Shown: positions 51,406-63,599 of the stretch, piece by piece
How positions within the stretch are numbered: the first letter of the stretch is position 1
Layout: each line of letters opens with the position of its first letter
Source of the DNA: Octopus sinensis
Taxonomy: Eukaryota
Assembly: GCF_006345805.1 (NCBI RefSeq)
Contig: NW_021836141.1
Location: forward strand, 1 to 64,000
Length of the DNA stretch: 64,000 nt
Direction: 5' to 3'
Made by a program: the position numbers and the translations under genes
The notes under the pieces: generated by a model
Told to the model about the DNA's origin: nothing
Database searches by the model: none
The model's input: the letters and a program-made list of their open reading frames with translations, nothing else

Positions 51406-51645
51406 ATAACGAAATTTAAATTTTCTAAAGGTTAGTTGCCCGTTTTCAGTTTCAATTCTCCTGTAGCAAGCGGATTATAAGTGGATAAATCAGTGTATTG
51501 GCTTTAGAATAACCCTCTTTAGCCCTTAATTATATGATGTTTATACTTCAACCGTAACGTTTTTTTTAAATATACTGCCCACGCTTCCTGATGGATTCCT
51601 TTTCTGTAGAGAAAGGGACTTCATCCTATATTGTTAGTATATATA

Positions 51646-51678
<33 letters not shown>

Positions 51679-52149
51679 ATACACATATATATACATATAT
51701 GAACAGTTATATATGTCTTTATAAGCATATATAAAAATACATGGGATGATCATGATAAGGTGTGTATGTGTGTGTGTCTGCGTGTGTGTGTGTGTTTTTG
51801 TGTGTGTCTTTGTATGTGTCTATGTTCGAACAATATGTTGAACAATGCATGTAAACAGACTAAGAGACAACACTGTGTTTCACAGTTCTACTCCTATTTC
51901 TGCTTGCTTCCATTCAGTTTCTTTCAATTTTCTTTTCTCTTTTTATTTATTTTTTATTATTTTATTTATTTATTTTTTTTTTTTATTTATTTCAGTTTTA
52001 GCTTGTGCACAAAAGAGACAAGAGGCCTGAAAAGCAGTTTGAGACTGTAAAATTCATTGTAGTCTTGGCAGTGTGTTCACTTGTATTGCTTAATGTATAC
52101 AAATACATTATTCAACATCTATATTATATACCATAATTTTGATATTTTT

Positions 52150-52494
52150 ATTATGTATGCCAGCGCCGCCCCGACTGGCTTCTGTGCCGGTGGCACATAA
52201 AAAGCGCCATCCGAACGTTGCCAGCGCCGCCTTGCCTGGCTTCTGTGCCGCTGGCACGTTAAAAGCTCCAACCGATCGTGGCCGATGCCGGACTCCCCCC
52301 TGGCACCTGTGCAGGTGGCAAGTAAAAAACACCCACTACACTCGCGGAGTGGTTGGCATTAGGCAGGGCATCCAGCCGTAGAAACTCTGCCAGATCAGAC
52401 TGGAGCCTGGAGCAGCCCCTGGCTTCCCAGACCCCAGTCAAACCGTCCAACCCGTGCTAGCGCGGAAAACGGACGTTAAACGATGATGATGATG
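52150..52494 (+). mobile_element. RTE 3' UTR/tail with subrepeats (young, CpG-rich)
   Basis: gtggcacataaaaagcgccatccgaacg... tail gacgttaaacgatgatgat. Confidence 0.88.
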
Positions 52495-52868
52495 TATCTC
52501 TCTATATATGTTCACACACACACACATTAATGTTTATTTTTATGTTGAGTCATAAGAACAACATTATATTAAACTGAAAGATTGCTCAATACTCTTTGTA
52601 GAGTACATATGTTTTCTTTTGCATCTTTCATTTGACTGTGGCCATGCTGAAGCACTGCCTTAAAGGGTTTTAGTCAAAGAATTCGACCCCAGGACTTATT
52701 CTTTGTAATCCTTGTACTTATTCTATTTGGTACCATGCAGTGGGATTGAACCCAAAACCATGTGGTAAGGAAGCAAACGTCTTACCTCACAGCCACACCT
52801 ATAGATACTTATCACTTTTCCACAAGAATAGCGTTGACAGTAACTTTCAACCTTCTTAATCTTCATTG

Positions 52869-52915
52869 GACAGTCTGATGAAGTCTAAACAGGGTGAAAC
52901 CTTGAATTCACTGTC
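52869..52915 (+). ncRNA. Degenerate type I hammerhead motif
   Basis: gacagt-CTGATGA-agtctaaacagggt-GAAA-ccttgaat-TC-actgtc; perfect 6-bp stem I, stems II and III decayed. Confidence 0.5.
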
Positions 52916-52963
52916 GGTACTATTCTTGCTTAAGAATAATACACACACACACACATATATATA

Positions 52964-53528
52964 TTGGGTTGTCCTGAAAGTTCAGGCCGATTTTAAAAGG
53001 AAAGAAAAAGGTCAATAAATACTTGCCATTACATTTTTAATCAACCAAATATGAACCATGTTGTTGCACAATGCGTCTCAATCTTTCCTTTAACTTGAAA
53101 ATACCCTCTTCCCAGAATTGAAGTAGTTTCATGGCAAAGAATTCATCAAGGTATCTTTTTACACCATCCAAGGAATTGAAATTTTTACCATTAAGACTAT
53201 TCTGCAGAGACTTGAATAAGTGGAAATCCAAAGGAGCAATATCTGGGGAATATGGAGGGTGCGGTAACACATCCCAGCCGAGCTGCAGCAATTTTTGTCT
53301 AGTTCCCAAAACATCAAGTGCTGAAAATGAACTTTCTTATCTTCCATTTTAAAGGGTTACAGAATTAACACAGGTTATAGGAACATAAACCTTCTTCCAC
53401 GAAAAGATAGCTTAAACTGTGCTCTAAATGGAGGTGTAGTCAAATCCTATTTCATGGACTCAACCATGTTCTAAAATAAGTCGAAATGTAAGCTACTATA
53501 AATCGGCACGAACTTTCCAGACAACCAA
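52964..53528 (-). mobile_element. Internally deleted mariner (DD34D-type) element with both TIRs and a TA target duplication
   Basis: TA|ttgggttgtcctgaaagttcaggccgattt ... aaatcggcacgaactttccagacaaccaa|TA; MEDKKVHFQHLM fused to LGWDVLPHPPYSPDIAPLDFHLF. Confidence 0.92.
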
Positions 53529-53874
53529 TACATATGTGAAGCAGATGGACCCTCCTGTCAAAGACGATGTCTGAGTGTTCGGCTTTTGCTGAAGGGCCTG
53601 CACAAATGATTTGTTTTATAGTAATCAAATGTATGTGCTATTCATTAGCTCTCTCCCTCCATCAAATCAACATTGCCTGAACAGATGCACAGTGTATCAC
53701 ACATCAAGTGTGAAAGTGATTGCAGAGCAATGTGAAATCAAGTGTTTTGCTTAAGAACACAATGCCTCACCCAGTCTAGAAACTGAAACCACAATTTCGC
53801 AATTGTGAGTGCAACACCCTAATCACTAGATCATGCATCTCATACGTTTACACACACACACACATACATATCTT

Positions 53875-54098
53875 TTAATCTTTTACTTGTTTCAGTCATT
53901 TGACTGCGACCATGCTGGAGCACCACCTTTAGTCGAGCAAATCGACCCCAGGACTTATTCTTTGCAACCTTAGTACTTATTCAATCGGTCTCTTTTACTG
54001 AACCGCTAAGTTACAGTGACGTAAACACACCAGCATCGGTTGTCAAGCAATGTTGGGGGGACAAACACAGACACACAAACTTATACACACACACACAT

Positions 54099-54144
<46 letters not shown>

Positions 54145-54335
54145 ACACACACACATATATATATATACATATATACGATGGGCTTATTTCAGTTTCTGTC
54201 TATCCAAATCTGCTCACAAGGCTTTGGTCAGCCCGAGGCTCTAGTAGAAGACACTAGCCCAAGGTGCCACGCAGTGGGACTGAATCCGGAACCATGTGGT
54301 TTGTAAGCAAGCTACTTACCACACAGCCACTCTTA
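53875..54335 (-). mobile_element. SINE family A
   Basis: Reverse complement of the consensus. Confidence 0.88.
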
Positions 54336-54721
54336 TGCTATATGAACATTATATGATGATGATGATGATATACACACACACATATGTGCAAATGTATGTA
54401 GTGTAGACAAGCTTCTGTGAGAATCATATACTACCATTTATATATCTGAGAAGAAGACAATATTTTATATATAATCTTAAAGTGTCAATGATAAGAGATG
54501 CAATAACAGTAGATTGCTCAGACGTTTCTCTGCACAAAATAATATTTCAGAAAGTAAACAACCTAAAATAAAATTGTTCTATAAACATTAAGGTAGTAAA
54601 AAAAAAATTGAATCATAATGGCAGGACATGCTGAGCACAAATTGGAGAATAATAAAATATTTCATGTTAGATAAAACAGTTGTAGATTTTCCAGGGTATT
54701 TCAAGATGAGATAATATATAT

Positions 54722-54792
<71 letters not shown>

Positions 54793-55379
54793 TATATATA
54801 TATATTGAGAGAGAGGGAGGAGGGAGGGAGGTTAATGTCTAAGAATTATATATATATGCATATATACATATACATACCATCATTGGTTTAGCTTACACTT
54901 TTCCATGCTTGCATGGGTCAGACAGAGATATTTTGAGGTAGATTGTCACTGGCTAGATGCCTTTTCTGTTGCCAACCTTTGCCTGCATCCAAGCAAGATC
55001 ATATTTGTATGAGAGTAACACTCTTTTATAACTATAATGCACTGTCCAGACAAGGAGATATACACACTTGCAGTCCTTTTCTCTCACTCTCACTTTCATT
55101 CTATCTCTATCTCTCCCCCACCCACACATATACATTTTGTTGAATCGTTAGTCTTTACATATTCTTTTTCTCCCTCCATATTTTTCATTCCCTCTCTGTT
55201 CTTTTACTCTTAATTCTTTGTCAAAGAGCATAGGCTCAAAATATCAAAGACTTTTCTATTCTTCCTGAGTGTTAAACTAATACACCTGCTTGTTGTTCCT
55301 TCACCTGTCTTCATAATTTGTTTTCTGCAAATTTGAACTATATATATATATATATATACACACATAGTTTCGCATAGTC

Positions 55380-55680
55380 CCAGCCCATCCAAAGTACCTT
55401 GGATTGCAGAATGACCTGCTGTGCTTACCTTGGATCGCAGGGTGACCTGCTGTGCTTCAGGAGACCTATTGAGTCAGCATCAGAATAAATATCAAATGGA
55501 AATTGTAGTTGTGATACCTGTGCCGGTGGCGCATAAAAAGCACCGTCCGAACGTGGCCGATGCCAGCACCGCCTTGACTGGCTTCTGTGCTTGTGGCATG
55601 TAAAAAGTACCAACCGATCGTCCAACCCATACTAGCATGGAAAACTGTCGTTAAACAATGATGATGATGATGATGATGAT
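55380..55680 (+). mobile_element. RTE 3' UTR/tail fragment with an internal deletion
   Basis: ccagcccatccaaagtaccttggat..ggagacctattgagtc..gtggcgcataaaaagcaccgtccg..(gat)n. Confidence 0.8.
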
Positions 55681-55942
55681 ATATATATATATATATATAT
55701 GATAGGCTTTATTCCATTCCATCTACCAGATCTACTGCCAATACTTTGATCGACCTGAAGTTATTGCAGAAGATGCTTCCTCAAGATGTCACACAGTAGA
55801 ACTGAACCCAAGACCATGTGGCTTGGAGGTAAGCTTCTTAAGTACACAGCCACATCTCCACCTATATATGTGTATTTATAAATGTGCATGTGTATGTATG
55901 TATGTATGTATGTATGTATGTATGTGTGTATGTGTGTGTGTG

Positions 55943-55976
<34 letters not shown>

Positions 55977-55980
55977 TGTA

Positions 55981-56858
55981 CAGGATGTGGTAATTAAACT
56001 GTCATCTAAATTATGTAAAATTGAAAATAATACTGACTGACATCTCATTTTAATAGATATATTTACCAAAATTACATAAAAACATCTTGAAATACCAAAG
56101 AGTAAATTTATTCAATAAAATCGCCATTTCCTTCAACCACGGCCTCCAGATGACTTCAGAATCTCTTGCAATTCTTCTGGATGGTCTCCTTGTTTAAGTT
56201 GGTGAATACTGTCATAATCTTTGCTTTCAGTTCATCTTTGGTGTTGCAAGGAGTTTTGTCAGTCTCTCACTCGACTACACCTCATACATAATAATCAAGG
56301 GGGTTGCAGTTTGGGAAGTTAGGTAGCCAGATGTTAGGGGTGATGTGGTCACAGAAATTGTCTAACAGCCGTGACTGGGCTCTCCTGCTTGTGTTGCATG
56401 GTGCAGAAGTCCCATTTCCAGACAAAGGGTCTTCCAGCAGCCACCCTCTTTACCCAGGTCAGCACTTGATGTAGGCCTCTGTGTTGAGTGTGGGGCCATG
56501 TGGGAAGATGAATGGAGGCATAACATTGCCATCACTAGTGGTAACTCCGAACACCCTAATGTTGACTGGATGTTTGATTTTTATCACTCTCGGTACATGT
56601 CCGCATATTGCACTGTCATCAGATTGACATCCCAAAAGTCTGAAATGTTAATATTGGAGCTTCCAGCATGAATGCCAAGCAGTACAGCATGTTGTTTCCA
56701 AATTTCTGGCAGATTGAATTACATCATGATGCTGTTTTTCTCACAGATGGTGCCCAACTGACCCTACTATACTGTGTAGTTGCTAAAATCAAAAATAAAG
56801 AATACACATACACAAAATTAAAAATATAAAATGGCGACAATTTACCCATTGCACCCTG
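55981..56858 (-). mobile_element. Decayed Tc1/mariner element, maT (DD37D)-like
   Basis: Minus translation near RVAAGR..SAPCNTSRRAQS..HITPNIWLPNFPNCNPLDYYV..NTKDELKAKI..EAVVEGNGDFIE*; degenerate TIRs cagg(a/g)tg..aaa(c/t)tgtc. Confidence 0.7.
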
Positions 56859-56934
56859 CATGTAGGTATGTATGTATACATGCATGTGTATGTATATGAT
56901 AGGAAGAAGTTTTAATGAGGCAGGGTTGTGTTTT

Positions 56935-57345
56935 GGCTGTGTGGTAAGTAGCTTGCTAACCAACCACACGGTTCCGGGTTCAGTCCCACTGCATGGCATC
57001 TTGGGCAAGTGTCTTCTGCTATAGCCTCGGGCCAACCAAAGCCTTGTGAGTGGATTTGGTAGACGGAAACTGAAAGAAGCCTGTCGTATATATGTATATA
57101 TATGTATGTGTGTGTATATGTTTGTGTGTCTGTGTTTGTCCCTCTAGCATTGCTTGACAAACGATGCTGGTGTGTTTACGTCCCCGTCACTTAGCAGTTT
57201 GGCAAAAGAGACCGATAGAATAAGTACTGGGCTTACAAAGAATAAGTCCCAGGGTCGATTTGCTCGACTAAAGGCGGTGCTCCAGCATGACCGCAGTCAA
57301 ATGTCTGAAACAAGTAAAAGAGTAAAGAGTAAAGAGTAAAGAGTT
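56935..57345 (+). mobile_element. SINE family A, full length
   Basis: Consensus with a (aaagagt)3 tail. Confidence 0.9.
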
Positions 57346-58246
57346 GGTTTGTCAAGTTGCTTGAATTACTTACAAATTACATAGAAGCGTAAAGAATGCA
57401 AGAGAAAGCAAATAGAATGGGAGTCTTAGTGATAGCTTCCAAGTAGAGAGAATAAAAACTCTACAGTGGAGAAGGCTAGCCACTGGATTTGGTTAAAGAG
57501 AGACGATGAGCGATGGCTAGAAGTATATTGAGTTCTTCATAACCAGCTGATCTAGCAAGCGGGGCCTCATATCAGTGAGGGGGGGGGGCTGGTGCGCATT
57601 GATGCCATCGAGAGGTAGGCCCCGAAACGGCGCGCATTCTCTCCTGATGACCCCATACACTTGCTAGCATCCGATATACGGAGCTTTTAACTGGTAGCAC
57701 TTGTATGTGCAAGTTGTTTGCAAGACATGTTTGTAGTGTCAAAGTCATTGAATTAGGAGAGTTATTAGGAAAGGATGCAAAAAAAAAAGTAGACAGAGAG
57801 AAAAGGGAGAAAGAATGGAATATTGACGAAATAAAAAAGACAAACAAGATGGAATATAATATAGCAAAATAATAAATAAATTAGCAAAAATAGCAGAGCC
57901 GAAGTTAGTTGTTGTCAGTTGCATCATCAGTTATTATTCAATGAGCCATTAGACTGAAAATAGCAACAAGTAAAAGAATAAGTAAATGAAGAAAGGTAAT
58001 TAAATCCATAAGTATATCAATTAAGGAATTTTCCTGAATTCTCATTTATTCATGTAGTTGTTGCCATCATTATGATGATGATCATTATTCAAGTGTTGTA
58101 CTATTAGACCAATAATCTGTCTATACTTAAGATAGGTTTATGTAAAAAATGCTCACATTTTAATAAAGGCAAGCAACTTTATTAATATTATTATTATTAT
58201 TATTAAACGATGATGATGATGATGATTATTATTATTATCATTATTA

Positions 58247-58277
<31 letters not shown>

Positions 58278-58322
58278 GATAATTATTATTATTATTATTA
58301 TTATTATCATTATTATTATTAT

Positions 58323-61125
58323 TCAGTAGTTTTATTTTTATAGCGTGCTTTCACTTCACTACCGAGCGCAGCTCTGTGTGCCTTGGGTATGTGCTGTGAT
58401 TTGTTGTGATGCTCTGATGGTTACTGTATTGAAAGTGTTCTGCGTAGGATGTGTGCAGTGCCTAGTAGTGCAATTTTCTGTATGTTATATGTGTTTGTAA
58501 GTCCTGGTGTTTTTGTTATGTATTTGTCTGAATATTTTTTTATCATGCCTAATGCACCTACTATGATAGGAATTGTTTCTGTTTTCAGGTTCCACATTCT
58601 AGTTACCTCTATTTCCAGGTCTTTGTATTTTGAGAGTTTCTCCATTTCTTTTAGAGACACGTTGTCATCTGCCGGTATTGATACATCAATTAGAAAGCAT
58701 TTTTTTTTTCTTCATGATCTCTGACAACTATATCTGGTCTGTTGGCCTTAATTTCTCTATCTGTGTGTATCGGCATATCCCAGAGTATGGTTGCTTTCTC
58801 GTTTTCTGTGACCTTTTCTGGTGTGTGCTATACCATCTTTTTTCTGTTGTTATTCCATAATGTTGGCATAGCTTCCAATGTATGTAGGTTCCAACTCTGT
58901 CATGTCTGTGAATATATTCCTTCTTAGCCAGGACTGGGCAGCTAGAGATAATATGATTTATTGTTTCTTGTCCATCTCCACATATTCTGCAGTTACTTGT
59001 AATATTTCTTTTCATTACATGTTTTTGGTAATTTCTGGTGGGGAGGCTTTGGTCTTGTGCTGCAATTAAAAATCCCTCTGTTTCTGCTTTGAGTCCTGAG
59101 CTTCTCAACCATTGCTGGGATTTTTCTTTGTCTATTTCTTTTGCGTTTAGTTTAGTCCAGTATTTACCATGAAGGGGCTTTTCTTGCCATCGTTTTATCA
59201 TGGTTCGTTGCTGTTCTGTTTTTAGTTTGGATTTCATTTGTTTTATAGCTTTTGTTGTTTCTTCATCATCTTCTTCTTCTTCGTGTTTATTAGGTGGTAT
59301 GATTTCTTGTTTGTATTTGTCAGCTTCCTTAAATACTGAGAACAGTTTTTTGTTTTGCTCGTGTTTTGCTGCTATCTGGATCAGTTTTCCTTCCTTCTGA
59401 AGTAGATATTTTTGCAGTCCTATGGTGGTTATTTTATAGTAGTTTTCCAGCTGTATAAGGCCTCTACCACCTTCTATACGTTGTATATATAGTCTTTCTC
59501 TGTCAGATTTTGGGTGATGCATCCTAGATCCTGTCAGTATTTTTCTTGTTTTCCTATCTATTTTGGACAGTTCATTTCGTGTCCAGTTAAGGATATTGTA
59601 GCTGTAACTTATAACTGGGACAGCTAAAGTGTTGATACCTATTATCTTGTTTTTAGCATTGAGCTCTGTTTTTAGTATTGATCTAACTTGTCTATAATAT
59701 TCTTTTTTCATTTTCTCTTTCATTTGTGTGTGTTGTGTCTTATCTAGTTCATGGATTCCTAAGTATTTGTAAGTTTGGCTTTGGTCTAATTCTTTTATTT
59801 CATTGGTTTTATCTAGTGTGATGTTGTTACTCTTAACTAGTTTTCCTCTTTTCATGGTTACTTTGGCGCATTTTTTTAATCCAAATTTCATATCTATTTC
59901 TTTGGTAAATCCATGAACTGTCTTTAATAGTGTTTCCAGCTGTTTGTCATTTGCAGCGTATAGTTTTAGGTCATCATATATAAAAGGTGGCTGATCGTTT
60001 TGCCGTAACATTTATATCCGCATCCAGTTCTATTTAGCATATCAGATAGAGGTGACAGTGCCAAGCAGAAAAGGAGTGGAGAGAGCGTGTCTTCCTGGAA
60101 TATTCCTCTTCTAATGGGGATGTCTTTGGTTTTCATGAGTCCCTCTTTTGTTTGGAGGTGTAGGACTGTTTGCCATTTATTCATAGAGTGCTCTATGAAT
60201 TTTATGATTGTTGGTGCTACTTTGTTAATGGCTAGTGTTTCGAGGATCCATGTGTGGGGGATGCTATCAAACGCCTTTTTGTAGTCAATCCAGGCCATAC
60301 TGAGGCCTTTCTTCTTTCTGTGGCTGTCTTCAGTTACGGCTTTATTAATCATTAGTTGATCTTTACAGCCATATGAGCCTTTGCGGCATCCTTTCTGCTC
60401 TTCTGGGAACAGTTTGTTTTCGTCCAAGTGCTTGTTCAGCCTTTGCGATATCACTGCAGTAAATGCCTTGAACATAGTAGGGAGGCAGGTTATTGGTCTG
60501 TAGTTTTCTGGTTTTGCTGTTTCATTTGATTTGGGAATTAAGATGGTTTTCCCCTTCATGAGCCATTCAAGCATTGTCTCTGGCTCTGCTAGTATGCTGT
60601 TAAAGTTTTCAGCCAGCTTTTTGTGCATTCCTGTTAGATATTTCAACCAGAAGTTGGGGATCTTGTCATGCCCAGGTGCCTTCCAGTTGCTTAATTTTTG
60701 TAGTGCCTGGGTGACCTCTTCAGTTGTTATGGGGGTCCAAAGTTGTTCAGATGCCGAGTTTGTTATTTTGATACTCCTTTTTTTTGGCTGTTCGTTCGCC
60801 GACCATATTTCTCTCCAGAATTCTTCCAATTCTTCTGCCGTTGGTGCTGCAGTGACTTCTATTTTATTTTTTCCCTGTTCTTGGTAGAACTTTTTGGGGT
60901 TGGAGTTGAACTTTTGGTTCTGTTCAAAGAAGCGTTGGCGTTTCTCGTACCGGCGGATCCTTTGAGCTTTGGCAAGGATATCGTGCTTCAGCTTTTCTTT
61001 TATCTCCGGCAAATCTTTTTCTGTGATGTTATATTTGCGGAGCATTTTTGTTCTCTTTTTGTTGCTCAGTAGCGTTGATTGTTTGCTGATTTCATTAAGA
61101 ATCGACAGGTCTTTTCTAATTTAAA
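58323..61125 (-). pseudogene. R4/Dong-like non-LTR retrotransposon (RT, CCHC, restriction-like endonuclease), 5'-truncated
   Basis: WKAPGHDKIPNFW, NYRPITCLPT, AWIDYKKAFDSIPH, GIFQEDTLSPLLF, Y[M]DDLKLY, CRICGDGQETINHIISSC, RHDRV, KEMEKLSKYKDL; (TAA)n tail; three frameshifts. Confidence 0.9.
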
Positions 61126-61225
61126 AAATTTTTTTTTATTTTTATTTATTTTTTTATTATTATTATTGTTATCATTATTATTATTATCATTATTATCATT
61201 ATTATTATTATCATTATTATTATTA

Positions 61226-61317
<92 letters not shown>

Positions 61318-61835
61318 TCTATTATTATTATCATCATCATCTTCATCATCATCATCATTATCATTATTATTATTATAATAATAATAATAATAATAATAAT
61401 TATTATTATTATTATTATTATCATTATTATTATTATTATCACTATTATTATCACTATTATTATTATTATGTTATGCATGCTAATTTAGTTAGCAGGCATT
61501 TTATCTTGGAGTTTGATGACAAGTCTTCTTCAAATCTCAAGAATTTTCCTTTGGATTCCTCTAGAATATTGGATGGTTCTTTTCTGCAGGTTGGCAATGT
61601 GAATCTCAGTTCCAATCTCATTCAGTCATTTACAAGGTGTTTTGGGTGTTGTGCCAAATGCACCAATTGCTAGAGGATTAATTGATTACTGGGTCTTCCA
61701 CAGTCTTCTCAATTCTCTGGCAAAGGATCCTGATATTTTTCAATTTTCCAATTTCTTTAGTATTAAACTTGGTTATCATAAGGAATTGTAAAATCTCTGA
61801 TTTTAGACTGTTTATTTTGTCGTTTATGACCATAT

Positions 61836-62250
61836 AGGCACAGGAGTGGCTGTGTGGTAAGTAGCTTGTTTACCAACCACATGGTTCTGGGTTCAGTCCC
61901 ACTGTGTGGCACCTTGGGCAGGTGTCTTCTACTATAGCCTCGGGCCGACCAAAGCCTTGTGAGTGGATTTGATAGATGGAAACTGAAAGAAGCCCATCGT
62001 GTATATATATATTTATATATGTGTGTGCGTGTATGTTTGTATGTCTGTGTTTGTCCCCCCAACATCGCTTGACAACCGATGCTGGTGTGTTTATGTCCCC
62101 GTCACTTAGCAGTTCGGCAAAAGAGACCGATAGAATTAGTACTGGGCTTACAAAGAATAAGTCCCGGGTCGAGTTGCTCGATCAAAGGCGGTGCTCCAGC
62201 ATAGCTGCAGTCAAATGACTGAAACAAGTAAAAGAGTAAAAGAGTAAAAA
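61836..62250 (+). mobile_element. SINE family A, full length
   Basis: Consensus; inserted into the older Dong-like fragment. Confidence 0.9.
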
Positions 62251-62384
62251 AGATATCCAGTTTTCTTGTATCGATTGTATGATCAGACTTTATGGGGAAT
62301 TCTCACAAGCTCTTGTAATTCTCATTTTCTGTCACAGCTTCCGGTTTATATTCATGCCAGTTTTCGATGGTTTTGAAGCCATAT

Positions 62385-62610
62385 AAACATCTTGATGGAC
62401 CCTTTTATCTTTGCAAACATCCTGATGATGTCTACGCAAACATCCCAATAAACTCTTTTATCTGGCAAACATCCTGATGAGCCCTTTTGTCTTTGCAAAC
62501 ATCGCGATGATGTCTACACAAACATCCTGATGAACTCTTTTATCTGGCAAACATTCTGATGAAATCTTTTGTCTGGCAAACTTCCCGATGAGCTGTTTAG
62601 TCTTTGCAGT
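62385..62610. repeat. Minisatellite of 8 units (30/23/29 bp)
   Basis: Core aaacatcctgatga...gc; 30+23+29 trimer repeated twice plus two more units. Confidence 0.88.
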
Positions 62611-62716
62611 CATGTCTGTGTTTATACTCCTTTTGTGCTAGTACACTACACTCACTCAAAAACTTCTATTTCCTTTCTTGTAATTTCTACATTTGTGGCC
62701 TGACTTGGTTTTGTTT

Positions 62717-63140
62717 CTGTGGAGGCAACATGTAGATGGGGTAGACTATTTCTAAATGTTGATGGAATATGATGAAGTGGTAAGAAAGGATCTTCAGATT
62801 TTGGGCCTCAGAGAGGGGATGGACAAGGGACCAAGACACCTGGCAGTTTGTTGTACTCAAGAAGACACATGAGGCTAAGGAAAATCATGGCTCTCCTTGA
62901 ATATACCATGTTCCCTGCATCCCCCTTCAGCTGAGTGATCATAAGCCTGCAGACTTGTGGCAGCTGGTGCCATATTAAAAGCATCAATTACACTCTGTAA
63001 AGTAGTTAGCATTAGGAAGGCATCCATCTATGGAAACCATGTCTAAACAAGCATGGAGCCTGAAAGCTCTTCAGCTGGCCAGCTCTTGTCACACCATCTA
63101 ACTCATGCCAGCATAGAAAATGAGCGTTAAATGATGATGA
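62717..63140 (+). mobile_element. Old RTE 3' end and tail
   Basis: VEATCRWGR..DEVVRKDLQILGL; degenerate cattaggaaggcatcc..catgccagcatagaaaatgagcgttaaatgatgat. Confidence 0.65.
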
Positions 63141-63207
63141 TGATGTGGTGGTGGTGTGGTGGTGGTGGTGGTGGTGGTGGTGGTGTTGGTGGTGGTGGTG
63201 GTGGTGG

Positions 63208-63265
<58 letters not shown>

Positions 63266-63378
63266 GTTGGTGGTGATGATGATGATGGTGGTGGTGGTGA
63301 TGATGATGATGATGATGATGATGATGGTGATGATGGTGGTGGTGGTGGTGGTGGTTGTAGTGGTGGTGATGGTGATAG

Positions 63379-63422
<44 letters not shown>

Positions 63423-63485
63423 GTGATGATGTTCATGATGATGATCATGATGATGATCATGATGATGATCATGAAGATGATGATC
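63130..63485. repeat. Compound (GAT)n/(GGT)n microsatellite
   Basis: Direct reading. Confidence 0.95.
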
Positions 63486-63599
63486 ACTGGAATTTTTTTT
63501 GCAATTTTACTCTGGATTCAGTTATGAGAACTCATTTGGTCTTTAAACTTTTTCTGCTATCGGTAGGAGATCTGAACCCATTTATAACACATCTCCATG

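Larger units (their letters stand above)
50695..51639. mobile_element. Hammerhead-bearing Penelope/retrozyme-like insertion: 490-bp monomer, 60-bp redundancy and an inverted copy
   Basis: Direct repeat 50695-50754 = 51185-51244; 51243-51639 is the reverse complement of (51084-51244 + 50755-50990); (TA)n on both flanks. Confidence 0.85.
61480..62720 (-). pseudogene. Older R4/Dong-like 3' fragment, interrupted by a SINE and a minisatellite
   Basis: LSECSVLAQKEYKHRHD (~62600-62660), WHEYKPEAVTENENYKSL*EFPIKSDHTI (62255-62360), DFTIPYD..EKYQD..AIGAFGTTPK (61480-61800); ends in (TAA)n. Confidence 0.75.

Noticed and set aside
62385-62610. Tandem hammerhead array (repeated CTGATGA..GC-AAAC-ATC)
   Set aside because: No GAAA core in any unit, and the unit is explained as antisense LINE coding sequence.
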